Source: an uncultured Candidatus Poseidoniales archaeon (GTDB lineage: Archaea > Thermoplasmatota > Poseidoniia > Poseidoniales > Thalassarchaeaceae). Taken from it: 64,000 nt of DNA. A model generated the notes under the pieces. That model saw nothing but the letters and a program-made list of their open reading frames with translations, did no database searches and was not told where the DNA came from. The number at the start of each line of letters is the position of its first letter. Position 1 is the first letter of the stretch. The stretch is taken from the NCBI GenBank assembly GCA_902511005.1, contig CABXDN010000001.1:106593-170592 (forward strand). Reading direction: 5' to 3'. Both the position numbers and the translations under genes were made by a program. Below are positions 27,604 through 37,488 of the stretch, one piece after another.

Positions 27604-28386
27604 ATGGATACACCCAGCAATAGGGCCGAAGTAGAGGAACTTATTCGATTAATTATTGAAGAGTCATATCCAACATTAGGTGCAATAATCGCTATATCTG
27701 CTTACTCAATATTTGTATTTATTTTCTATAGAAATTTAGCCAAAAGGGATTTAATAACTCTAAATCTAGATAAATACTCAAATAATCTGACGGGGAAAAT
27801 TAAAAAATATATCAAGTCAATTACTTTCGTAATACAATATATCTTGATAATTCCGGTACTACTCACATTCTGGACATTAGTTTTGGCAATTATCTTGACA
27901 CTTCTATCACCAGATGCAGATCATTCAAGAAACGCACTAATTGCTACTTCAGTAGTAGGTTCTGTTAGAATACTATCTTACTGGACTGAAGATCTTTCAA
28001 GAGATGTTGCAAAAATGCTACCATTCGGTGTACTCGGTGTGTTCTTAGTAGGAGATGCTCAAGTTCAAATTTCTGAAATCAAAGAATTATTAGAAAGTCT
28101 CGAAGAGATTGCGACTTCATTCATCAGCAGTTTATTCCTGATAGCAGTTGTAGAAGGAATCCTACGCAGCATTACATCTATAATTAATTTAATTTCTTTA
28201 AGGAGAGGGAATTTAATCCAGAAAAAAGAAATTAGCAAAATAATTGGAAGAAGCGTCAAAGATATAAGAAAAGATATACAAGATGATGGTGAATTAAATT
28301 ATAGTGCGGGAAAGGATGTAGAACAAATGCAAATCGTATTAGAAGATGCTGTAGGTGAGCTTCTAGATGATATCCCTGAGGTGTAG
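27604..28386 (+). CDS. Hypothetical membrane protein
   Basis: 260-aa ORF with an ATG start and several TM helices. No family was recognised. Confidence 0.5.
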   Translation: MDTPSNRAEVEELIRLIIEESYPTLGAIIAISAYSIFVFIFYRNLAKRDLITLNLDKYSNNLTGKIKKYIKSITFVIQYILIIPVLLTFWTLVLAIILTLLSPDADHSRNALIATSVVGSVRILSYWTEDLSRDVAKMLPFGVLGVFLVGDAQVQISEIKELLESLEEIATSFISSLFLIAVVEGILRSITSIINLISLRRGNLIQKKEISKIIGRSVKDIRKDIQDDGELNYSAGKDVEQMQIVLEDAVGELLDDIPEV

Positions 28387-28420
28387 GGTTCATGAGAGAG
28401 ATACTACCGCGACAGCCCAA

Positions 28421-28497
28421 GGGCGATTGGTGTAGTCTGGATATCATATCGGCCTTCTAAGCCGATGACATGGGTTCGAATCCTGTATCGCCCACCA
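28421..28497 (+). tRNA. trnR: tRNA-Arg (anticodon TCT), CCA encoded
   Basis: Perfect 7-bp acceptor GGGCGAT/ATCGCCC. Anticodon arm TCGGC-CTTCTAA-GCCGA. T arm ATGGG-TTCGAAT-CCTGT (two G-U pairs). Discriminator A, then CCA. Confidence 0.85.
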
Positions 28498-28578
28498 TTC
28501 AAACACACACATCCTGCGACGAACGTCTGTTCTCACACTACAAATCGCTCATATAGGGGCAGTAGGTCGGCGTGCTGC

Positions 28579-28686
28579 ATGAAGCGAGGTTCACGTGCCT
28601 GGAAGAAGCAAGGAAACCAACGCTGGAAATGGCGTAAGAAGAAGTTACGTCGCCGAAAAGCATCTCGAAAAAGAGCAAAACAGTGA
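28579..28686 (+). CDS. rpl41e: 50S ribosomal protein L41e (35 aa)
   Basis: MKRGSRAWKKQGNQRWKWRKKKLRRRKASRKRAKQ matches my recollection of the L41e signature (RWKW-KK-LRR-K-RKRA). It is the 3' part of the 73-aa track ORF, whose 5' part overlaps tRNA-Arg. A TATA-like ATATAG (28551..28556) lies about 25 nt upstream of the ATG, suggesting a near-leaderless transcript. Confidence 0.7.
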   Translation: MKRGSRAWKKQGNQRWKWRKKKLRRRKASRKRAKQ

Positions 28687-28749
28687 TTATCTAATCATTA
28701 GTTATGAACCTCTATATCTCAATATCATGAAATTATTAATAAAAAATTT

Positions 28750-29412
28750 CTAAAGTTTTGAAACTAAATCTTCTAAAGCTGATTTGGCGTCTCTGACTTT
28801 AGTTACTCCACTGGCTAGTAAAACTCCAGAGGTTCCTAATTCTATAGCCTTGATTACATCTTGCCCATTTTTGACGCCTGCACCACACAGAATACCTACA
28901 TCTTCACTTATCTCCCGAATAGCACGAGCGGTTCCACTAACAATTTCGGGATCAGCAGTTGTCACAGATATTTCTCCGCCAATTAGCCCCGGTGGTTCGA
29001 CAGCAATATAGTCGGGTTGGAGTGCAGATAATGCTCTTGCTTCTTCGATATCTGCTGCACAAGCACAAACAGTGAATCCTTCAGGGACACTATCTAGTAG
29101 CATCGCGATATGCTCAATTGATACTTTATGCTCTGCATGATTAATTAGAGTACCTTTAGCACCACGTTGTATTGCAGTTTCTGGATGTAGCCAACCTGTA
29201 TTAGAACCAAAATTAATAGGATCAAGGTGTTGAGTCCAAATCTCAAGATTTGGAGCCACGGAAACAACAGCAGATAGATCAAAAGCAGATACTACAGCAA
29301 TCATCCTTGCATCTGTTTCTATCTGACCCATAATTAATGCTAATTCTTCTGCCGCTACTCCATGAGCTGACTCGTATGTTTTGAAATTTACAACTACTAA
29401 CTGCCCACTCAT
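28750..29412 (-). CDS. tpiA: Triosephosphate isomerase, archaeal short type
   Basis: 220 aa. Motifs: VVNFKTY, LINHAEHK, AVEPPGLIGG, CGAGVKNG, GVLLASGV. Confidence 0.85.
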   Translation of the reverse strand: MSGQLVVVNFKTYESAHGVAAEELALIMGQIETDARMIAVVSAFDLSAVVSVAPNLEIWTQHLDPINFGSNTGWLHPETAIQRGAKGTLINHAEHKVSIEHIAMLLDSVPEGFTVCACAADIEEARALSALQPDYIAVEPPGLIGGEISVTTADPEIVSGTARAIREISEDVGILCGAGVKNGQDVIKAIELGTSGVLLASGVTKVRDAKSALEDLVSKL

Positions 29413-29454
29413 GAATCTCGGAGGTGTCGAACTGATATGACAATAACGGATAAA

Positions 29455-30423
29455 TTAGATGATTTCATGATGTCCTATCACCTTGTCAGATATATTCGAT
29501 TCGTTATTAATTATACTTGATTCTCCAATAAGGCATCTGTATAATTTAGATCCATTTCCAATTTTAGCCCCTGATAAAATTACACAATCAATAATTTCAC
29601 AACCATCCCCTATAGACACATTACTTGAAACAGACGAACCTGTCATCCGATAAGAATCATCGATGAATGATTGATCAAGAAACCAATTATTATTATCATC
29701 GGTAGCGCCAAGAACGAATTTACGATTAGAAATACAAACTTGTGTGGCTTCAATAAATGAGGTAGGAGTTCCAGCATCGACAAAGTATCCTTGAAATTCA
29801 AGTCCTGCCATTTTCCCCTCATCTGCAATCAACGGGAATACTTCTCTCTCCATACTATGTTTGTTTAAAGAAAGTGATTCAAGTACATCTCTTTCAATAA
29901 GGTAGCAACCTGCATTTATTAGATTAGAAAATTCAGTACCTGGTTCCGGCTTTTCTTGGAACCGAGTTATCATTCCTGAATCATCAAGACCACAGACTCC
30001 AAATCGACTTGGGTCATCAACATGCCAAAGTGAGAGTGTGATTGATGCGTTCTTTTCTTGATGGAAATTCAATAGTTGATTTACATCAACGCTGGAAACT
30101 AAATCACCATTGAGAATCAAAACCGGACCATCTCCACTCAGATGTTCAAGGGATTTCGCTATGGCGCCGCCAGTGCCTAATGGACTGTCTTCAACTGAAA
30201 TAATTACGTCATAAGGAAGACTACTAGAACTGAAGAACTGTTCCATTTCAGCGATACTATATCCTGCTGCAATTACAACCCTATCAATTAATTCATTGGG
30301 TACACATTCAACAACTCTCTCGAGTAGTGTTTTATCCAAAACAGGAAGTAAAGGTTTAGCCCTTCCTTCAGTCCAAGGTCTTAACCTAGTTCCAAAACCA
30401 CCTGCTAGAACTACTACGTCCAT
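29455..30423 (-). CDS. Sugar-1-phosphate nucleotidyltransferase with C-terminal left-handed beta-helix domain
   Basis: VVLAGGFGTRLRPWTEGRAKPLLPV signature. The C-terminus has hexapeptide-like repeats. Confidence 0.8.
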   Translation of the reverse strand: MDVVVLAGGFGTRLRPWTEGRAKPLLPVLDKTLLERVVECVPNELIDRVVIAAGYSIAEMEQFFSSSSLPYDVIISVEDSPLGTGGAIAKSLEHLSGDGPVLILNGDLVSSVDVNQLLNFHQEKNASITLSLWHVDDPSRFGVCGLDDSGMITRFQEKPEPGTEFSNLINAGCYLIERDVLESLSLNKHSMEREVFPLIADEGKMAGLEFQGYFVDAGTPTSFIEATQVCISNRKFVLGATDDNNNWFLDQSFIDDSYRMTGSSVSSNVSIGDGCEIIDCVILSGAKIGNGSKLYRCLIGESSIINNESNISDKVIGHHEII

Positions 30424-30527
30424 ACCTTAGCGGATATGACAATTCATTTCAGGACTTCGTGCCTAAGATTTGAACCTGTATCGGCGCATCGTTCAAAGAG
30501 CGTGTTCGTTTCCGAGGCATGAGAAAT

Positions 30528-31736
30528 ATGAATATTCACGAATATCAAGGTAAAACTTTGTTTAAACAAGCGGGAGTAAAAGTACAGAATGGAATACATT
30601 GTAAAACCGTTTTAGAAGCACTCTCTGCATACGATAATTTAGATTCAAAAATAGTTGCAGTGAAATCTCAAATTCACGCTGGAGGGCGCGGAAAAGGCAA
30701 TCTTTATGATCAAAAGACAGGAGATCTAGTCATGGAAGGTGGTGTGAAAATTGCATTTTCTAGAGATGATGTAGAGACATATTCTAGTAATATAATTGGT
30801 AGAAAACTAGTCACTAAACAAACCGGCCCTGAAGGGAAAATAGTAAACAACTTGTACATAGAAGCAGGTTGTTCAATTGTACACGAATATTATCTCGCAC
30901 TTCTAGTAGATAGGGAAGCAAAATCAGTACTTATTATGGCTTCAACAGAAGGAGGAGTAGATATTGAAGAGGTAGCTGAAAATACACCCGAGGCTATACA
31001 CAAAATATGGACACATCCCGTGGATGGATTAAATGAAAAAGATGCAGAACAAATGGCTGACAAACTAGGACTCTCTGGAGATTCTAAGAAAGATTTAGTA
31101 TCTATGCTTATTTCCTTATCGACTATGTTTGTAGAGAGAGATTGTTCAATGATAGAGATTAACCCACTAGTTCGATCGGAATCGGGAGAAATGATTGCAT
31201 TGGATGCGAAAGTTAGTTTTGATGATAATGCCTCATATAGACATCCTTGGATGGATGAAATGAGAGACCATTCGGAAGAAGAAGAAGTTGAAATAAGAGC
31301 GCATGAACATGGATTATCCTATGTCAAATTGGATGGAAATATTGGTTGCTTAGTCAATGGCGCTGGACTTGCAATGGCATCAATGGATGTAATCAAACTG
31401 TATGGAGGTGAACCAGCAAACTTCCTAGACATCGGGGGAGGAGCAACGAGAGAATCAATAACAACTGCATTTGGAATAATACTTGAAGATGATAATGTAG
31501 AGGGAATTTTAGTTAATATATTCGGAGGTATAATCCAATGTGACATGGTTGCTAGGAGTGTGATAGAAGCATCTAATGAACTCGGTTTAGAAGTACCATT
31601 AGTAGTTAGATTTTCAGGAACTAATCATGTAGAAGGGAAATTAGTCCTAGATAATTGTGATTTGGATGTACACACTGCGAGTACTTTATCTGAAGGCGCT
31701 GCTAAAATTGTAGAATTAACAAGAGGTGAGGAATAA
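30528..31736 (+). CDS. sucC: Succinyl-CoA synthetase beta subunit
   Basis: [25 protein letters not shown], and [15 protein letters not shown] with [12 protein letters not shown] lies 10 nt before the ATG at 30528; the track ATG at 30519 is the alternative. Confidence 0.9.
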   Translation: MNIHEYQGKTLFKQAGVKVQNGIHCKTVLEALSAYDNLDSKIVAVKSQIHAGGRGKGNLYDQKTGDLVMEGGVKIAFSRDDVETYSSNIIGRKLVTKQTGPEGKIVNNLYIEAGCSIVHEYYLALLVDREAKSVLIMASTEGGVDIEEVAENTPEAIHKIWTHPVDGLNEKDAEQMADKLGLSGDSKKDLVSMLISLSTMFVERDCSMIEINPLVRSESGEMIALDAKVSFDDNASYRHPWMDEMRDHSEEEEVEIRAHEHGLSYVKLDGNIGCLVNGAGLAMASMDVIKLYGGEPANFLDIGGGATRESITTAFGIILEDDNVEGILVNIFGGIIQCDMVARSVIEASNELGLEVPLVVRFSGTNHVEGKLVLDNCDLDVHTASTLSEGAAKIVELTRGEE

Positions 31737-32656
31737 TGTCAATTTGGATTCATGAAGATAGCAAAGTATTAATTCAAGGAATAACTGGTAAACAAGGAAC
31801 TTTTCATGGCACAATGATGGATGAATACCAAACAAATGTGGTAGGAGGAGTTACTCCTGGTAAAGGAGGGCAAATAGTAGAATTACCAAATAAAAATGTC
31901 CCTGTTTTTAATACGGTAACTGAAGGACTTGAGAAAACTAATGCAGATGTAAGTGTAATATATGTCCCTGCTAAATTTGCTGCTGCTGCAATTATTGAGG
32001 CTGCCGATGCTTTTGATAAAAATGGCGGAGGTCTGATTGTATGCATTACAGAAGGGATCCCTATTTTAGACATGATTAGAGCAGTTGCTAAAGTAGACGG
32101 ATATCCCAATGTAAGGCTAATAGGACCCAATTGCCCGGGAATAATAACTCCAGGAGACAATGGTGGCTGTAAAGTCGGCATCATGCCAGGGTTTATCCAT
32201 GCTAAAGGAAGAATCGGAATCGTTTCAAAATCAGGAACCTTGACTTATGAGGCGGTCGCACAAACAATGAGTGTAAATGAAGGCCAATCTACATGCGTAG
32301 GAATCGGAGGAGACCCAGTTAATGGCACAGGTTTCATCGATTGTTTGTCAGCTTTCGAGGCTGATCCTCAAACTGAAGCAATCGTGATGATTGGTGAAAT
32401 CGGTGGTTCTGCTGAGGAAGAAGCCGCAGAATGGGCATCAAAAAATATGAGTAAACCAATCGTAGGTTTTGTAGCAGGTTCAACTGCACCTCCTGGGAAA
32501 AGAATGGGCCATGCAGGCGCTATAATATCAGGTGGAAAAGGTACTGCTGAGGAAAAGTTTGCTGCCTTTGAAGAAGCAGGAATTTATGTTGCAAGAGATC
32601 CTTCAGAAATTGGAAATGTATTAGTCAAAGCTCTAAAAGATGCTGGGTTAAGATGA
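31736..32656 (+). CDS. sucD: Succinyl-CoA synthetase alpha subunit
   Basis: [46 protein letters not shown] (phosphohistidine loop). TAATG stop/start overlap with sucC. Confidence 0.92.
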   Translation: MSIWIHEDSKVLIQGITGKQGTFHGTMMDEYQTNVVGGVTPGKGGQIVELPNKNVPVFNTVTEGLEKTNADVSVIYVPAKFAAAAIIEAADAFDKNGGGLIVCITEGIPILDMIRAVAKVDGYPNVRLIGPNCPGIITPGDNGGCKVGIMPGFIHAKGRIGIVSKSGTLTYEAVAQTMSVNEGQSTCVGIGGDPVNGTGFIDCLSAFEADPQTEAIVMIGEIGGSAEEEAAEWASKNMSKPIVGFVAGSTAPPGKRMGHAGAIISGGKGTAEEKFAAFEEAGIYVARDPSEIGNVLVKALKDAGLR

Positions 32657-32678
32657 ATTGTAAAAGCGAGAGTCTTAG

Positions 32679-33725
32679 ATGTCGAGCATTATCTCAAAGA
32701 ACATGGAAGAAGATATGCTAAGCAATAGCTTATCGGAAAAAAAGATAGATTCTCTGCTTGAAGGCACGTCTCGTTCATTTTTCTTAAGTCTGAAAGTGCT
32801 TCCAAAGAAAATACGAAGACACATCGGCTTACTCTACATATTGGCTCGTCTGGCGGATACTATTGCTGACTCAAAAGTTGGAGAAAATAAAGCTTTACTT
32901 CAAGGGCTAAAGGAATATAATAATAGAATTCAAGATTCAAATAAAGGGTTGCCGGATTTTACTTCATTAGCGGAAATACAAGATAATGAGGCTGAAGCAG
33001 AATTACTATCCAATGCAATAATACCTGTGAATTACTTTGAAAAAAGTGACAAAATTACAGATTCTGATAGAGAGAAAATAAGAATTTGTCTAGACATAAT
33101 TATTAGCGGTCAAATATTAGATTTAGAGCGATTTAATGATGCTTCAGGGGAGCAAATAGTATCACTTGAAAATGAAGCTCAATTAGACGATTATACATAC
33201 AGAGTTGCAGGTTGCGTGGGAGAATTTTGGACGCACATGTCACTTGACCATCTTTTTCAAATAGATGAAGGAAAACGAGATGTTCTATTTGAAAATGCAG
33301 TAAAATTTGGCAAATCATTACAATTAATAAATATCCTGAGAGATTTGCCTGAAGATTTACTAATGGGTCGATGTTACATACCTCAAGACACACTTAAAGA
33401 ATACCAATTGACAGCTGAAGATTTATTAAATTCTAAAAATATTGACAAATTTAAGCCTTTATTTGATTTATATTTAGAAAGAGCGGAGACTTATCTAGAT
33501 AATGCAATCGAGTGGATAGAAATGTTGCCTAAAAATCAATATCGGCTTCGTTTATCTTGTATGTTGCCAATCCTAATTGGCCAAAGAACGTTGGTCCTCT
33601 TGAAGGAAGGGAATATTTTAGATGCAAATAGTAGAATAAAAGTTTTAAGACCGGAAATAAAGAAAATTATGAGGAAATCAATTTGGCTATGTATTAGTAG
33701 GAAAAATCCAAAAAAAATGTCATGA
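32679..33725 (+). CDS. Squalene/phytoene synthase-family head-to-head prenyl synthase, paralog 1 (HpnC-like)
   Basis: SRSFFLSLKVLPKKIRRHIGLLYILARLADTIAD (first Asp-rich motif), YRVAGCVGEF, LQLINILRDLPEDLLMGRCYIP (second Asp-rich motif). Confidence 0.75.
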   Translation: MSSIISKNMEEDMLSNSLSEKKIDSLLEGTSRSFFLSLKVLPKKIRRHIGLLYILARLADTIADSKVGENKALLQGLKEYNNRIQDSNKGLPDFTSLAEIQDNEAEAELLSNAIIPVNYFEKSDKITDSDREKIRICLDIIISGQILDLERFNDASGEQIVSLENEAQLDDYTYRVAGCVGEFWTHMSLDHLFQIDEGKRDVLFENAVKFGKSLQLINILRDLPEDLLMGRCYIPQDTLKEYQLTAEDLLNSKNIDKFKPLFDLYLERAETYLDNAIEWIEMLPKNQYRLRLSCMLPILIGQRTLVLLKEGNILDANSRIKVLRPEIKKIMRKSIWLCISRKNPKKMS

Positions 33726-33799
33726 ATTATTGATTTATGATTTAATCAATCTAGCGTGAGGTTCAAGAACAAATCAATTGGGCTTGGGACGAGAGTAGT

Positions 33800-35050
33800 A
33801 TGCCGGGGAGACAGATTAGCGATTCTGAGACTGAGGTCGAGTTCGACCTAGGTAATAGTATCACACTTGTCGATGCAGATTCAGAGTCTGCACCTATTGA
33901 GAAGGTTCGTACGGCAGTAAACGTGACAAGAGAGGCAGTTCATGCAATTAGTATAACCGCTCTTGAGACTCTAAGGGAAGGAGCCGTTTTCATGGGAGTA
34001 ATAGGCTCCCGAGGAGAATTAGTAAATCCATTTACCCATGTAGATGCTGCAATATGGTCAGAAAGTTCGATGCCTCAGGAAGTGATTGACTCCGCTTACG
34101 ACTATTGTGAAGAACTAACAAGAAGAGAAGCGGGAAATTTTTACCACTCATTCAAGTATCTTCCAGAGGAAGAACGAAGATCAATTATGGCTTACTACGC
34201 ATTTTGTAGAAGGGCAGATGACATTGCAGATGGAGACTACATTGATTACTTCCCAGGAGGGTCAGAAGATAATCAAGAATCAATAGATTATAGGACAAAA
34301 ATTGAAAGATTAATCGATGGAAGACCAGTATTAGAACGTTCATCATATAATGATAAAATGTCGCAATTATTTTACTACAGGAAGAAATTATCAACCGCTT
34401 ATGGGAAGGTCACATCAACTGATCCAATATTTATCGCTTTGAAAGATACAGTAAATAAATATGGGATTTCTAGACAATTACTTGATGATATGATTAGTGG
34501 AATGGAAGAAGACTTCCATCGTAATAGATATGAAACATTCGAGGATTTATACTCGTACTGTTACAAAGTTGCCTCAACAGTAGGTCTAGTTTGTATTGAA
34601 ATATATGGTTATGATGACAAAAGGGCGAGAGAATATGCTGAATCTTGGGGAATCTATATGCAATTAACAAATATTCTTAGAGATGTTGCTGAAGATATTG
34701 AAAGAGACCGCGTTTATCTACCATTAGAAGATCTGAGAAGATATGGTATTTCAGAAGAGGATTTGAAGAGTGGGAAAGATATTTTGAAACACCCAGGGTG
34801 GAAACCATTTGTTTCAGAATTTATTTCACGTGCAGATAAATATCGGGAAAGAGGATTGAAACTATTTTCTTTACTAGATAAGTCAAGTAGATATTCCCCT
34901 GCTGCAATGACAACTTTTTATCATTCAATTATGAAGAAAATCGAAAAGAATGATGGAGATGTATTCTCCGAGAGAACTCAATTATCTAAAACAGAAAAAA
35001 TAGGATTGGCTGCATATATTTATGTGAGATATCGTTTCTTTGCTGTTTGA
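33800..35050 (+). CDS. Squalene/phytoene synthase-family head-to-head prenyl synthase, paralog 2 (CrtB/HpnD-like) with a roughly 95-aa N-terminal extension
   Basis: NFYHSFKYLPEEERRSIMAYYAFCRRADDIADG, YCYKVASTVGL, MQLTNILRDVAEDIERDRVYLPLEDL. Confidence 0.8.
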   Translation: MPGRQISDSETEVEFDLGNSITLVDADSESAPIEKVRTAVNVTREAVHAISITALETLREGAVFMGVIGSRGELVNPFTHVDAAIWSESSMPQEVIDSAYDYCEELTRREAGNFYHSFKYLPEEERRSIMAYYAFCRRADDIADGDYIDYFPGGSEDNQESIDYRTKIERLIDGRPVLERSSYNDKMSQLFYYRKKLSTAYGKVTSTDPIFIALKDTVNKYGISRQLLDDMISGMEEDFHRNRYETFEDLYSYCYKVASTVGLVCIEIYGYDDKRAREYAESWGIYMQLTNILRDVAEDIERDRVYLPLEDLRRYGISEEDLKSGKDILKHPGWKPFVSEFISRADKYRERGLKLFSLLDKSSRYSPAAMTTFYHSIMKKIEKNDGDVFSERTQLSKTEKIGLAAYIYVRYRFFAV

Positions 35051-35118
35051 TTGAAAACGACTAAAAATAGTCTATATGATAGAAGATATATTGAGTAGAA
35101 TAATAGTGAGATGACATT

Positions 35119-36897
35119 ATGAGGGTTGCTGTACTTCTTGAAGACAGGTGCAGCCCCGAGAAATGTAATGCAGAATGCTGGGCTTTTTGCCCGCCGGTAC
35201 GTAACGGAATAGAATGCATAATTCTTGATGACTCTAGTGGGAAACCAATTGTTTCTGAACCTCTCTGTATAGGATGTGGAATTTGCGTTACTAAATGCCC
35301 ATTTGATGCGTTAATAATAACAAATCTCCCTGAAGAATTAGATGGAGAGATGACTCATCGTTATGATCAAAATGGATTTAGACTTTTTAGACTCCCAGCA
35401 CCTCGAGAAAAACAAGTTGTAGGTATTCTAGGACCTAATGGCATGGGGAAATCCACTGCAATAAATCTTCTTTCTGGTTCAATAAAACCAAATTTAGGTG
35501 ATTGGACTATCAGTTCTTTAGATTGGAAAGAAATAATTGATTCATTCCCTAGAGGGGAACTAAGAGATTACTTGAAACTTGTAGCTGAAGATAGTGTAAA
35601 GATTGCAGTAAAACCACAATATATAGACAAATTACCAAAAATATTTGATGGCAATGCTAGAGAATTATTAGAAAGAGTAGATGATAGAGGAGAACTCGAG
35701 GAATATGCAGAGTTATTAGCAATCAATCACATATTAGATAGGAATATAGGGAAATTATCAGGAGGAGAATTACAGAGAGTTGCGATTTGTGCTACGATGT
35801 TGAAGGAAGCAGAAGTCTATTTCTTCGATGAACCCTCATCTTACCTTGACATACATGAACGTATGAGAATTGTTAAAATTATACAAAATCTAGCTGAAAT
35901 GGGTAAGAGAGTGATTGTAGTTGAACACGACTTGGCAATATTGGATGTCCTATGTGATCTTCTACATGTAGTATACGGGGAGCGTGCAGCATTCGGAATA
36001 TTCACTCCTGCAAGATCGACAAGAAGTGCTATAAATGCATATTTAGAAGGTTTCTTACCTGAAGAAAATGTTAGAATTAGAGATAAACCAATACAATTCT
36101 TACGCGGAAGAGTGAGAGGAGAAGAAGTTGGGCTCCCAATTTTAAAATGGGGCGATATGGAAAAAACTCTTGGAGATTTTAAACTCAAGACAGGTAAAGG
36201 TATGGTCAGAAGCGCCGAAGTTGTTGGAGTTGTGGGGCCTAATGCTACTGGAAAGACAACCATGGTGAAAATGATCGCTGGCGAAATTGAACCGGATCAA
36301 GGATGGTGTACAATGGAGGCAAAGGTTTCCTATAAGCCTCAACATGTTAATACTGATTTCGAAGGAAGTGTCGAAGATTGGCTTAATACAGAATTAGGGA
36401 ACAAATGGAGAACCGGTGAATTCCATACTCAAGTAGTCAGACCATTGCAAGTCGATCAATTATTGGAACTTAAGGCTAAAAAACTCTCAGGAGGAGAATT
36501 ACAAGCAGTAAGTATAGCCATCTGCTTAGGGAAGGAAGCCGATTTGTATCTTCTTGATGAACCAAGTGCCCATCTCGATGCAAATGCAAGGATGGAAGCA
36601 GCTAAGGCGATAAGAAGAACTATGGAAAGTAATGAAAAAGCCGCCATGGTAATTGATCATGATATCTATTTCATAGATATTGTTAGCGATTCATTACTAG
36701 TTTTTGATGGTGAAGGTGGAAAAATTGGAAATGCAGTGGGACCATTAAGCCTCAGAAAAGGTATGAATAAATTCCTTGAAGATGTAAATATCACATTTAG
36801 AAGAGACCATGAGTCACATAGGCCACGAATAAATAAACCAGATAGTCGTAAAGATAGAGAGCAAAAAATTGCTGGCGAATACTTCTATATCGAATAA
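35119..36897 (+). CDS. abcE1: ABCE1 / RNase L inhibitor-type ribosome recycling ATPase
   Basis: N-terminal Fe-S domain (CNAECWAFCP, CIGCGICVTKCP). Two NBDs (GPNGMGKST, GPNATGKTT). Two LSGGELQR signatures. Confidence 0.95.
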   Translation: MRVAVLLEDRCSPEKCNAECWAFCPPVRNGIECIILDDSSGKPIVSEPLCIGCGICVTKCPFDALIITNLPEELDGEMTHRYDQNGFRLFRLPAPREKQVVGILGPNGMGKSTAINLLSGSIKPNLGDWTISSLDWKEIIDSFPRGELRDYLKLVAEDSVKIAVKPQYIDKLPKIFDGNARELLERVDDRGELEEYAELLAINHILDRNIGKLSGGELQRVAICATMLKEAEVYFFDEPSSYLDIHERMRIVKIIQNLAEMGKRVIVVEHDLAILDVLCDLLHVVYGERAAFGIFTPARSTRSAINAYLEGFLPEENVRIRDKPIQFLRGRVRGEEVGLPILKWGDMEKTLGDFKLKTGKGMVRSAEVVGVVGPNATGKTTMVKMIAGEIEPDQGWCTMEAKVSYKPQHVNTDFEGSVEDWLNTELGNKWRTGEFHTQVVRPLQVDQLLELKAKKLSGGELQAVSIAICLGKEADLYLLDEPSAHLDANARMEAAKAIRRTMESNEKAAMVIDHDIYFIDIVSDSLLVFDGEGGKIGNAVGPLSLRKGMNKFLEDVNITFRRDHESHRPRINKPDSRKDREQKIAGEYFYIE

Positions 36898-36940
36898 GTA
36901 AGACCATTGGATTCTTGAATGATGTTTGAAACCCAAGGCC

Positions 36941-37456
36941 ATGACTGACGAAGGCGAGGAGCAAGTGGATGAAAAACCAGAAGAAGTCACTCTTGATGAG
37001 GAAAAAATTAATCCCCTAAAAATACTTGAAGAAAAAGTTCTAGATTTAGAAAAAGAAAAACAGTATAATGCTGCTGAAATTATCAATATGAGGCAACGAT
37101 ATGCCAGAGAAAAAAATATATTAGTAAAATTTGCAGGTATGAACTTAGCATTCAATATACTACCTGTAGTTGATAATTTAGAAAAGGCATTAGCGATTGA
37201 AAATAATGACTCAGAGAAAATAATAAAAGGAGTTGATATGACTCTAGAGAGACTCAAGAATACTTTACAAAATGAAGGAATAGTAAGAATTGAAGCATTG
37301 GGTAAAGAATTTGATCCGGCATTCATGGAAGCGATAGCGGCAATACCAGCACCAAATGATGAACAACCAGGGGTGATAATTGAGGTAATTGAAGAGGGTT
37401 ACATGTTCCATGACCGTGTTTTAAGACCTGCTAAAGTGATTGTTACAGAACAATAG
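36941..37456 (+). CDS. grpE: GrpE nucleotide exchange factor
   Basis: Acidic N-terminus, coiled-coil segment, ILPVVDNLEKAL, FDPAFMEAIA, and GYMFHDRVLRPAKVIV. The track start at 36926 is TTG; the first in-frame ATG is at 36941. Confidence 0.85.
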   Translation: MTDEGEEQVDEKPEEVTLDEEKINPLKILEEKVLDLEKEKQYNAAEIINMRQRYAREKNILVKFAGMNLAFNILPVVDNLEKALAIENNDSEKIIKGVDMTLERLKNTLQNEGIVRIEALGKEFDPAFMEAIAAIPAPNDEQPGVIIEVIEEGYMFHDRVLRPAKVIVTEQ

Positions 37457-37488
37457 TATTGATAACCTTCGTGAATCCCAGTAATATA

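Noticed and set aside
28465-28578. N-terminal 38 codons of the 73-aa ORF 28465..28686
   Set aside because: It starts inside tRNA-Arg. Only the C-terminal 35 codons resemble a real protein (L41e).
30466-30487. tRNA-like fragment (agatttgaaCCTGTATCGgcg) resembling the T-arm/acceptor 3' half of tRNA-Arg, considered as an integration att remnant
   Set aside because: Only about 9-10 nt are identical, no cloverleaf or T-stem can be formed, and there is no integrase or foreign-looking DNA nearby.
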